This document shows, one piece after another, positions 20,507 to 29,305 of a DNA stretch of 64,000 nucleotides (position 1 is the stretch's first letter; each line of letters starts with the position of its first letter). Location of the stretch: assembly GCA_965228855.1 (NCBI GenBank), contig CBDDIJ010000003.1, positions 1,280,001 through 1,344,000 of the forward strand, written 5' to 3'. A model generated the notes under the pieces. The model was given only the letters and a program-made list of their open reading frames with translations, ran no database searches and was not told the origin of the DNA. This DNA comes from Candidatus Obscuribacterales bacterium (GTDB lineage: Bacteria; Cyanobacteriota; Vampirovibrionia; Obscuribacterales; Obscuribacteraceae). Position numbers and translations under genes: made by a program.

Positions 20507-21763
20507 ATGAAGAGAGCTGTTGGATCTATTCTCGCCTTGTCGTTTATCTTGTGCGGCTGTGCGAGCCAGAAGACTCCCGAGCATCTGAGCTCACAAGCTG
20601 ATACGAATATCGCTGCCGGCAAGTACAGAAAAGCGCTCGCTCAATATAATGAAGCAATTGCGGTCAGTGATAAAGACTCAGCACTCTTCGCCAAGCGAGC
20701 CACGGTGAAGTCTCTATTGATGGACTACGATTCCGCTCTTGTGGACTACAATCGGGCGATCGTGTTGCGACCGAGTGTTGGTTGGTATTACTCGAAGCGC
20801 GCAATGGTGCTGGGCGAATTAAACAGACCACAGGACGCGATCGTCAGTGCAAATCGGGCACTGGAGCTGGAGGGAAATGATCCTCAGACTCTTGCTTATC
20901 GTGCAAATGCCTATGCGCAAATGGGTCAGTACGATCGCGGACTCGCTGATGCGCTTCAAGCCAAACATGGCGGTGACCTTGTCTACACATACAAAGTTTT
21001 GGGAACTTGCTACATCCATTTAGGAAAACCGGACGAAGCCATCGACTGCCTGCAGAAAGCTATCGATCTCAATCAGAAGGAACCGAGCTTATTGTGCTTG
21101 AAAGCCGAAGCCGAGATGCAAAAGCTGGATTTGAAGCAGGCGATAAACACAGCAAAGCGTGCTCAAGCTCTGAACCCGAATGCAATCGAGCCATATTCGT
21201 GTCTTGCCCGGGCCTATTTGCTCTCTGGCGATTTCTCCAGAGCCAAAGAGAACATCGATAGAGTTTCTGCGCAGTCGGAAAGGGACGGCAAAGCGCTGCG
21301 AACTGTTTACCTCATGGCTTCGAATGAGATGGAGAAGGCCCTTGCTTCAGCACTTGCGGTGGTCGAGGACCGACCTACGCCGGAGTCAAAGCAGACTCTG
21401 GCCGAAGCGTATATATTCAATGGGCGAGCTAAAGAAGCGTTGGATATCTGTGATGGACTCGCAAAAGAGCATCCGAAGCTGGCCTCGATTCAACGTGGAC
21501 GAGCGATGGCGTTGCTGGCTTTAAATCGCAACCAAGAAGCGCGCGATGCAGCGTCCCAATCAATCGCGATGCTGAGCTACAACCCTATCGCGTTTCGACT
21601 TAGAGCAGAGGCGCTTCAACGCATGGGCAACAGCGTCGATGCTCATGCCGACCGCTTGATGGCCGAAAGGCTGGGATATGCAAATAGCTTGCCGCAGGAG
21701 AGAATCCTGACGAGTTTGAAGAGCACAATCGCTAATAGACGAGAGGATGCCGGTGCGCTGTAA
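20507..21763 (+). CDS. TPR lipoprotein
   Basis: Lipobox LCGC followed by about 10 TPR-like repeats. Confidence 0.85.
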   Translation: MKRAVGSILALSFILCGCASQKTPEHLSSQADTNIAAGKYRKALAQYNEAIAVSDKDSALFAKRATVKSLLMDYDSALVDYNRAIVLRPSVGWYYSKRAMVLGELNRPQDAIVSANRALELEGNDPQTLAYRANAYAQMGQYDRGLADALQAKHGGDLVYTYKVLGTCYIHLGKPDEAIDCLQKAIDLNQKEPSLLCLKAEAEMQKLDLKQAINTAKRAQALNPNAIEPYSCLARAYLLSGDFSRAKENIDRVSAQSERDGKALRTVYLMASNEMEKALASALAVVEDRPTPESKQTLAEAYIFNGRAKEALDICDGLAKEHPKLASIQRGRAMALLALNRNQEARDAASQSIAMLSYNPIAFRLRAEALQRMGNSVDAHADRLMAERLGYANSLPQERILTSLKSTIANRREDAGAL

Positions 21764-21853
21764 AGATGCTCTGCGTCAGGCAGGAGGTTTCTGGGAATAA
21801 AACCTTAGCGACTGCGTCCTCACTGGAGTCATGGCTTTTCGCCGAATCAAACG

Positions 21854-24250
21854 TTGCTTGAAACTAACAATCCTGATAGTCCCGAAACGTGCGACAAGTG
21901 CGGGAAATCGCGCTCGTTGGGGAACGGCTCGCTGACGCAGTGGATTGTCGCTTGCCAATGTTTTGAAAATTCTTCCTCCATTCCGACGCTTGGCACCGTC
22001 ACCAAACTTTGTTCAACTTGCGGAAAGGCAGTTTCGGAAGGGCGGCAAGGTTCGATGACGCAATGGATCTTTCGTATCGACACATGTCAGTGCGCAAATC
22101 CCACCGTTATCTTTGGTAAGGCTTCCGGAATTCCGTCTGTCAGCGCTTTCGACCTGCCGGGGGTGGAATCGGCAGCGCGATATGGGGAGTTGAATTCAGT
22201 CATCACCGGCGGTGTCGTATTGAATGACGAGCCGGCCCTCGAGGTTGACCCTGATAAATTTCCGTCGGACCGATACAAAGCCCTAGAGCTTCTTGGAGAA
22301 GGGATGAACGGAATTGTTTTCCGCGCACACGATACCCTCCTGGCAAGAACTGTTGCGATCAAATCCGTACGCGTATCCACCAGATTGACAGCTGAACAGG
22401 TATTGCAATTTCAACGGGAAGCTAAAGCGACGAGCCAATTGGAGCACCGTAATCTAATTCAGGTTTTTGATTTTGGTATTACTACCGGCGGTGTCCCCTT
22501 TCTGGTGATGGAATTCTTCCGAGGATACACGCTGACTTCGCTGATCGAACGCGAAAAATGCTTGCCTGTCATATTAGCCGTTCAGCTTCTGATTGAAATT
22601 TGCCGGGGGATCGAACATGCGCATCAACGTGGTGTCATGCACCGCGATCTCAAGTCGAACAACATCTTGCTTTTACCTCCCGACCACGACGATTATTGGA
22701 GTTGTAAAATAATTGATTTTGGACTAGCCGCTTTACCGGCAACTTCCCTCGACTCTGCTGATAGACGTGAGAGCGCGATGATCGGCTCCCCCGCCTATAT
22801 GTCGCCTGAGCAGGTTCGAGGATACTCTATTGATTATCGCAGCGATATTTATGCTCTCGGTTGCATTCTTTTTGAAATGCTCACCGGCGAGGTTCCTTTC
22901 GTCGGTGATTCAGCTCTTGCCACTATGATGATGCACATTGACCAGGTGCCACCGCTGGTAAGTGATCGTAAGACCGGCTTGCTATGCGGAGAAACTATCG
23001 ATGCAATAGTTTCTAAAACTCTTCAAAAGAATGCAGCGGACCGGTTTGAATCGGTTACTGAACTAAAAGAGGAACTCAAGAATTTGCTGGTCCAGATAGA
23101 GTCAGAGGAGAGTTCAAAACTCGCTACAGTTGAATCGGAACCAATAATCGCAGGATTGAAATCGAACGAAAGGCGCAAACCTAAGTTCGTTTATTCTCTC
23201 CTGTTTGGTTGCGTAAGCATAGTCTTGCTGGCGGTTCTTGGTCTCAATGCCATACGATTGAGACCAGCTCCAAAACCTGAACCAAATATGACTGCCACTA
23301 TGCACAGTGATAAAGACTTCTTCGGACTTCCTCCGGTACCGGAAGATGAATTGAAAGCTCACAGCTATCCCATGACTCCTCGCGATAGGCATCAAGCGGG
23401 ACTTATTGAACAGGACAACCTCTACCTGTCGAAAAACCAAAACCTCTACATCAAGGGCTATACGCTAAGAGGTGGTGCGGACGCAGATGACGAGTCGTTA
23501 AGTGTCTTGGAAGACCCGGGTAAATTCCCTGAGGTGGAGGAACTCGTGATGAGGGGAACCAGCTTTCATGGACCCGGATTGCGCTTCCTAAGCAACCGGC
23601 GAATCAAATATGTCGACCTTTCTGAGAACCAATTGTCACTATCAGCGATACCACTACTTGCGAAGTTACCTGAACTGACTCGTGCCTCACTCAATCATTG
23701 CGTTATTGCTGATGGAAGTGATTTCACACCACTTGCAGGCTGCAAAAAACTACAGGAACTTTCAGTAAGTGACTCCAAGTTGAGCGATCGTATGGTAGAG
23801 CAACTGTGTAAGACAAAATCGCTGCTCAGCCTCAATTTGGCTGAAAATCCAGGCGTTTCAGATTCAGTTGTACCGGACTTGTGTTCACTGCCCAGTCTCG
23901 GCAGTTTAGACATCGGCGATACATCTATTAGCAGCAGAGGCTTCCTTCAACTAACAAGGAAAGGGTCGCTTCTCATGCTGAACGGAAATACTATTCCGCT
24001 GTCTGATGGAGAGCTTCTTCAATTAATCGATATCTTGAATACGAAAAACATGCAGTCGCTGTCGATCAATTGCAATCTGATAAGCGATGACGCTGCGCTC
24101 AAGCTACTGTCTGTGCGATCATCCTGCGCCGCGCTCGACCTGCGAGGTGGACGTAATTTCAAGGGAGGCACGCGCGCAAAGTTAAAGTCGGTTTGGCCAT
24201 CCTGTTTCGATTTTGATGACACTCTCTCCCCGAGGACGGGTCGTGACTGA
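21854..24250 (+). CDS. Ser/Thr kinase with N-terminal Cys-rich repeats, TM helix and LRR C-terminus
   Basis: GEGMNG, VAIK, HRDLKSNN, DFG, YMSPEQ; TM helix; LxxLxLxxN repeats. Confidence 0.9.
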   Translation: MLETNNPDSPETCDKCGKSRSLGNGSLTQWIVACQCFENSSSIPTLGTVTKLCSTCGKAVSEGRQGSMTQWIFRIDTCQCANPTVIFGKASGIPSVSAFDLPGVESAARYGELNSVITGGVVLNDEPALEVDPDKFPSDRYKALELLGEGMNGIVFRAHDTLLARTVAIKSVRVSTRLTAEQVLQFQREAKATSQLEHRNLIQVFDFGITTGGVPFLVMEFFRGYTLTSLIEREKCLPVILAVQLLIEICRGIEHAHQRGVMHRDLKSNNILLLPPDHDDYWSCKIIDFGLAALPATSLDSADRRESAMIGSPAYMSPEQVRGYSIDYRSDIYALGCILFEMLTGEVPFVGDSALATMMMHIDQVPPLVSDRKTGLLCGETIDAIVSKTLQKNAADRFESVTELKEELKNLLVQIESEESSKLATVESEPIIAGLKSNERRKPKFVYSLLFGCVSIVLLAVLGLNAIRLRPAPKPEPNMTATMHSDKDFFGLPPVPEDELKAHSYPMTPRDRHQAGLIEQDNLYLSKNQNLYIKGYTLRGGADADDESLSVLEDPGKFPEVEELVMRGTSFHGPGLRFLSNRRIKYVDLSENQLSLSAIPLLAKLPELTRASLNHCVIADGSDFTPLAGCKKLQELSVSDSKLSDRMVEQLCKTKSLLSLNLAENPGVSDSVVPDLCSLPSLGSLDIGDTSISSRGFLQLTRKGSLLMLNGNTIPLSDGELLQLIDILNTKNMQSLSINCNLISDDAALKLLSVRSSCAALDLRGGRNFKGGTRAKLKSVWPSCFDFDDTLSPRTGRD

Positions 24251-24260
24251 GGTTTTCAAT

Positions 24261-25688
24261 TTACTTGTTGAGATTCGGCCAGCTCATAATCTCTTGATCG
24301 CTAATATTTGCGAATGGATCAAAGTTAGGACTTGCCGGTGTCAGTTTTTGTTTTTGCAATTTCGGATCTGCCAGAGACATGGCAACGGCATCCAGTTCTA
24401 CCGGCTTGATGGCAGGCAGTACCACACCGGATACGTCCGTCTTAATCTGTTGCAATTCGAGAAGTCTGGCCTTGGCTCGCGCAATCTGTTTTTCTCTTAG
24501 AGCTTTGAGTTTAGCCGCTTTTGCATCAAGCTCTCTTTTCTTTTGCGCAAGCAGAAGTGCTTCAGTTTGTTTCTTGATGATTTCTTCCTGGGCTGCTTTC
24601 TCAAGCATAGCTTTGCGGGCGCGATATGCGCGGATGTATGCGAGAATCTTTCCGTAGTTCCAGGTCATGCGAAAATTCCAGCCTGTTACCTTCGACTCTG
24701 CGGGAAATTCCAGTATGCGAGAATGATTCAAGGTCTGAATGGTTTTGAGAAGTGCTTTGTTCAAGACACCATCACCGGTGCTTGCATAAATGTGTCCGCG
24801 CAGATTCCCGCGTCGGTCGATGCTGAAAATACAAGCGGCCCGACCAGTCACCTGATTTTTAGCGTCTTGTCCCAGATACGCGGTCAAGACGTGCTGGAAT
24901 GAGCGGGTAAAGCGAGCTATCCAGGCGTCCCACGCTGGTGTGTTTTCTGGAGATTGGCGAAACTTTGTCAGTCCATCGGAATGGCTTGCCCATTTTGAAG
25001 CATAGATTCCTTTGCTCTTGTCCACAAGATCCATCATGTCTTCCATCGGCATTGAATTGGCCGCCCAGCTTTTGTACGTTTTCTTTCCTTGCATCTCTTT
25101 TGCTTTGTCTACACCCTGGCGAACCATGTTGCGACCTTGCTTCCAGATATCGTCCATCGACCCGAAAAATACCGGCGGCGGCATTTCGATGTCACCAGAG
25201 GTGGTGACCTTGGCCGTCGGCTTTTCTTTGCTGAACATTTGCCCGAAACTGTTTCCCAACATGCCGAACCAATCGGTCTTTGGCGTGACCACAGAGGGAA
25301 CTTTGGGAAGTCGCTCTCCGTCACTTTCTGCAACTTGCTTAGCCAGGCTGGTGAGCACCTCCGGCGGGCAAAGTCGAGCGGCCCACTCCAACTGATCTAG
25401 AGCACCTGCATCATCACCAATGTGTTGTTTGAGTAGACCAAGATAGTAATGTGAAATTCCGTCACCTGGATTTTTCTCTAAATCATCTTGCAAAAGAGCT
25501 GCTGCCTTTTCGACGTTGCCGGCCTTATACTCTTTTATTGCTTGTTTAATTATGGGATTTGAAGCCGCTCCCGATAAGAGTTCCGCCTCATTATCCGCTG
25601 CGAAACATCGTTGTTCACTAAGTGCGAACTGTCCGCACAGTAGAATGCTGATTGTGAACGCGATAGACTTTGTTCGGATAGACAACAT
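24261..25688 (-). CDS. Secreted TPR + TonB/TolA C-terminal-like protein with coiled coil
   Basis: Signal peptide, N-terminal TPR, FSIDRRGNL...STGDGVLNKALL segment, Lys/Ala-rich coil. Confidence 0.65.
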   Translation of the reverse strand: MLSIRTKSIAFTISILLCGQFALSEQRCFAADNEAELLSGAASNPIIKQAIKEYKAGNVEKAAALLQDDLEKNPGDGISHYYLGLLKQHIGDDAGALDQLEWAARLCPPEVLTSLAKQVAESDGERLPKVPSVVTPKTDWFGMLGNSFGQMFSKEKPTAKVTTSGDIEMPPPVFFGSMDDIWKQGRNMVRQGVDKAKEMQGKKTYKSWAANSMPMEDMMDLVDKSKGIYASKWASHSDGLTKFRQSPENTPAWDAWIARFTRSFQHVLTAYLGQDAKNQVTGRAACIFSIDRRGNLRGHIYASTGDGVLNKALLKTIQTLNHSRILEFPAESKVTGWNFRMTWNYGKILAYIRAYRARKAMLEKAAQEEIIKKQTEALLLAQKKRELDAKAAKLKALREKQIARAKARLLELQQIKTDVSGVVLPAIKPVELDAVAMSLADPKLQKQKLTPASPNFDPFANISDQEIMSWPNLNK

Positions 25689-25696
25689 CTGTTTTT

Positions 25697-26908
25697 CTAA
25701 CTATGACCGCGAATTACGCCGAGCTCCTGCAGCGCGTCGTCGACGCTGATACCACTCTGTTGGCTGTAGTTGAATGCTATAAACGCTTGCTCTGTTCCGA
25801 GGATTCGCTCTCTGACAAGTGAGTAGCAGCGCAATGCCGATTTTAACGTTGATTCGTCTATGCAGCCGGCGACAAGCAGCATTCGACCAAGGATTTGCGG
25901 ATTGTCCACGCTAACTTCGATGGCGCGCTTTATGTCATCATCGCTAACTACACCTACCAAAGTCAGGAACTGACTTAAGGAAACTGATACCGGTGGCAGT
26001 GGCATCTCCTCTTCGGAAGCTTTTCTCGCCGTACCACCGGCGCCGTAGTGGTCAATTTCTGTTAAACGACTTGCTGCCCACAGAGGAGTAATCTCCCCGG
26101 AGGAGACCGAACGCTGGTAGTTAAGTGCTGCGTCCAGAACGTCCTTACTGATGTATTGAAGTTCGACGAGAACTTGCCCAATAGGTTTTTTATTCAACAA
26201 ACCAACTTCTACTGCGTACATCAAATCTGATTCGCTCATCAGACCGGCCAGTACGAGCAATTCCCCAAGGCGAATGGTGTGACGAGCCGGAAGGCGATAA
26301 TAACCGCGTTCGATTAGCGGCAGTTCGACCGCGACCTGCCGTTCCTTCGCTGCACGCAAACCCTGGATCGCTTGTTCCTTGGTGACCTTTCCATCACGAA
26401 TTAAAATCTGAGCATTCAAAGCGGACGACAACAGGGCTTCCGATAGCACCAGATTCAGTACCAGAAGTCGGCCGAACGGGACACCGGAAGAACGGCTTTT
26501 CATAAGAGCATCTTGCAGTTGTTCGTTTGTCACATATCCGGCTTCGATCAACAACTCACCGAGCTTGTTGGTACTAACTTCTCCAGGGCGTGACCAGCCG
26601 ATCTGTTCAAGGGCTTGCTCCAGACTCAGTTTGGTCCTCAGCAGAATCGCCGCTACCTGTTTTGCCGCCACCTGATCTATCAGATTGTCTTTGAGCAACG
26701 ACTGCAATTGCACAGCTGCCTGTAGATTTTCTTCCGTGACAAAGGATGACATAATGAGAACGCGACCCACGGGAAGACCCACTTCTCGTGCCAGGTTCAG
26801 CGCCTGAGTCAGATCTTGACCGGAAATCATTCCGATATCGATCAGCACTTGCCCGAGTCTATGATCCGCTTTAACGTCTTTTTCGTCTAGCTTTGGGTTG
26901 TCTACCAC
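25697..26908 (-). CDS. Stand-alone multi-MshEN repeat protein (paralogue of 12223-13524)
   Basis: RLGQVLIDIGMI, KLGELLIEAGYV, RLGELLVLAGLM; shares SALxAQxLxRDGKxTxxQA with the first copy. Confidence 0.82.
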   Translation of the reverse strand: MVDNPKLDEKDVKADHRLGQVLIDIGMISGQDLTQALNLAREVGLPVGRVLIMSSFVTEENLQAAVQLQSLLKDNLIDQVAAKQVAAILLRTKLSLEQALEQIGWSRPGEVSTNKLGELLIEAGYVTNEQLQDALMKSRSSGVPFGRLLVLNLVLSEALLSSALNAQILIRDGKVTKEQAIQGLRAAKERQVAVELPLIERGYYRLPARHTIRLGELLVLAGLMSESDLMYAVEVGLLNKKPIGQVLVELQYISKDVLDAALNYQRSVSSGEITPLWAASRLTEIDHYGAGGTARKASEEEMPLPPVSVSLSQFLTLVGVVSDDDIKRAIEVSVDNPQILGRMLLVAGCIDESTLKSALRCYSLVRERILGTEQAFIAFNYSQQSGISVDDALQELGVIRGHS

Positions 26909-26923
26909 GATATGCTTCCTGAG

Positions 26924-28141
26924 TTAATTCTGCTTGCTCGTCGACAAAGTCGGATTCTCTTCGAGACCCGGTAAGGTGATTATTCCACTCCCGGTGAGTT
27001 TATCGATTTCCTCCGGACCATAACCGGCATTTTTAAGGAAACTCAGGAGGTCACTCAGGCGACGGTCTTCAGATTCAGGCGCATGATTCTTGCGCAATTG
27101 CCTGTCTACCGGCATGAGGATCTGGGGGACGTTGCCGAGGACAGGGTGATGGAGCCCGCCAAGCATTCCTCGTTCCGCAAGTGGATAGGTTTCAAACGTC
27201 TCATTGAGAGTCTTAACAGGCGAGACGCAGCAGTTTGTGCCGTCGAAAATCCGAGTCCAATCTGCCAGCGTTTTAGCCTTTATCTCTTCGGCGATCGTCT
27301 CCTTAAGGGTGTCTTCCTTAGTCGGATCGTCTATAAGTGGTTCGATGTCTGGTCTGTTTATGGTTTGACAAAAGACTTTCCAAAATGGTCGCTCCAGGCT
27401 GGCTACGGCCAGGAATCTACCGTCTTTGCACTCGTATGTGTTGTAGTTTGGAAGTTCCCGGGGATAAGCGAAGCCACCCTCATCCGGTGTTTTCCTGGTG
27501 TATAGAACCATTGAGCCGAGTACATTCAGGGACGATAATGAAGCGTCAAACATGCTTATGTCCAGCTGCTTTCCGCCGCCGCCGTTCTGTCGCTCCAACA
27601 GTGCACCGAGGACGGAAAGTGCTCCCAGGGTGCCCGACATATAATCTGAAATCGGAATGGAAGGGAGGACCGGACGCTCATTCTCTCGGCGATTCAGGCT
27701 TAATAAACCTGTTTCCGCAATTAAGTTTAAATCGTGAACCGGTTCGTCTTTTCGGTCTGAGTCCTGACCGTGACCGGTCACGGAAATATATATCAGTTCC
27801 GGGTTAATTGTGGAGAGTGTTTTATAACCGAGCCCGAGTCGGTCCATCACCCCGGTTCGGAAGTTCTCTATAACGACGTCGCACTGCGGAATCAGCTTCT
27901 TTATCAATGTAAGTCCAGGTTCGGTCTTGAGGTCGACCTTAATTCGAGATTTGTCGCGCTGAATGCTCCAGTAGAACAAACTTTCGCCATCAACAATCGG
28001 CGGCAGTTTATGGGCTAACCCAGGGGTGTGTGATTCTACTCGTATAACTGTGGCGCCCATGTCGCTTAGAGTGGCGGTGCAGAGTTCGCCGGGCAACATA
28101 TGCGTGAAATCGAGGATTGTAATTCCGGTTAGAGGTGGCAT
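26924..28141 (-). CDS. CaiB/BaiF family (class III) CoA-transferase
   Basis: LTGITILDF..LPG, DMGATVIRVE, DVVIENFRTGVMDRLGLGY, YECKDGR. Confidence 0.92.
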   Translation of the reverse strand: MPPLTGITILDFTHMLPGELCTATLSDMGATVIRVESHTPGLAHKLPPIVDGESLFYWSIQRDKSRIKVDLKTEPGLTLIKKLIPQCDVVIENFRTGVMDRLGLGYKTLSTINPELIYISVTGHGQDSDRKDEPVHDLNLIAETGLLSLNRRENERPVLPSIPISDYMSGTLGALSVLGALLERQNGGGGKQLDISMFDASLSSLNVLGSMVLYTRKTPDEGGFAYPRELPNYNTYECKDGRFLAVASLERPFWKVFCQTINRPDIEPLIDDPTKEDTLKETIAEEIKAKTLADWTRIFDGTNCCVSPVKTLNETFETYPLAERGMLGGLHHPVLGNVPQILMPVDRQLRKNHAPESEDRRLSDLLSFLKNAGYGPEEIDKLTGSGIITLPGLEENPTLSTSKQN

Positions 28142-28177
28142 GTTCGATGATTCCTGAGACCAAACGTACAGAATACC

Positions 28178-29173
28178 TCAAGCAAACTCTATAGACACTG
28201 GAATTCCTTCAAAGTTATGTATTGCTGCAACGACTTGCAATTTCTGAGCGAACGCTTTTGTTGTGTCGCTGGGGAGTTCTATAATGAGAGCAGTGTCTTC
28301 GATGCTGAAGGACTCAATGCTTGCGGTCCTAAAAACAATTTTGCAATCTGAACCATTCAATGTCAGCTCAAAACCATTCAAAACCCTCTCCATAAGCTGT
28401 TTCTTCAGCGGGTCAATAACTGAGACGGGCAGGCAAACCGATGCGCGGGTCATGAAATACCACTCAGCGGTTGGACAAGATATGGCGCCAAGAGAGTCAC
28501 AAGCAGATGAATCTGATTGCTGCAACAAAGTCTTTGTACTTTGATCTTCGAGATACGATTGACGGTTTAAATCTAGAATCAACAGTTGACCCGAACCTTT
28601 GCGAGCGATGCTGAAGAAGTGGTCTGGTTGTGAGCGTTTCAGAAGATCCAGCTCGTCGAGCGTTAGCCCGACAACTTGTAGAAACGCCACTGTCCCGTTT
28701 GCTGTTTTGATCGATCGAAGCTCTGGGTCTTCGACAATAGCGAACGCATGAATGGCTGTGCCAGAACCGGGCGCTATGGGATTGTCCAGCGGTAGTGCTG
28801 TACCCGGTTTAAGTACAGTATCCATTTGGAATACGGCACGGGCTAAATCGTTGAGTAAATCGCAAGGCCATGTAGCTGCGCTTTTGGAATCTTCATCGAC
28901 ACGCAAGCGAAGTGTAAGCTCGAATCCGTAACCGCTTAAACCAGGGGCTTCTGACTCTTTTTCGTTCAAGTCGCTGAAACCATAAGAAACGTAGAGCCAG
29001 TGAGGATGTTCGCTCGTTGATGAGTAAACGCCGATACCTTCGAGTAAATTGTCCGAGCCCCTGGTGAAACCGTTGTTTGCGTCGAAATACGCGACTTGGT
29101 GGTTCCCGTACCGTTTGTTCAAGGCTGTGGTGATTGCTGCGAAGCCGGTCGCTTCGTCTCGTTTTATCGGCAT
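28178..29173 (-). CDS. Suppressor-of-fused (SUFU) family protein
   Basis: HWLYVSYGFSDL, SGYGFELTLRL, WPCDLLNDLAR, DPEL...NGTVAFLQVVG. Confidence 0.85.
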   Translation of the reverse strand: MPIKRDEATGFAAITTALNKRYGNHQVAYFDANNGFTRGSDNLLEGIGVYSSTSEHPHWLYVSYGFSDLNEKESEAPGLSGYGFELTLRLRVDEDSKSAATWPCDLLNDLARAVFQMDTVLKPGTALPLDNPIAPGSGTAIHAFAIVEDPELRSIKTANGTVAFLQVVGLTLDELDLLKRSQPDHFFSIARKGSGQLLILDLNRQSYLEDQSTKTLLQQSDSSACDSLGAISCPTAEWYFMTRASVCLPVSVIDPLKKQLMERVLNGFELTLNGSDCKIVFRTASIESFSIEDTALIIELPSDTTKAFAQKLQVVAAIHNFEGIPVSIEFA

Positions 29174-29305
29174 TGTGCATACATCCGTTGACCTGCGGCA
29201 TCTTATCACGGCGGCGCCTTTGCCTGCTCATTGTCTAAATGCGTGATATGACATATAGTAGCAGTGCTCCAGTAGCGACATTTACTAGCACTAAAAGGTC
29301 GACCA

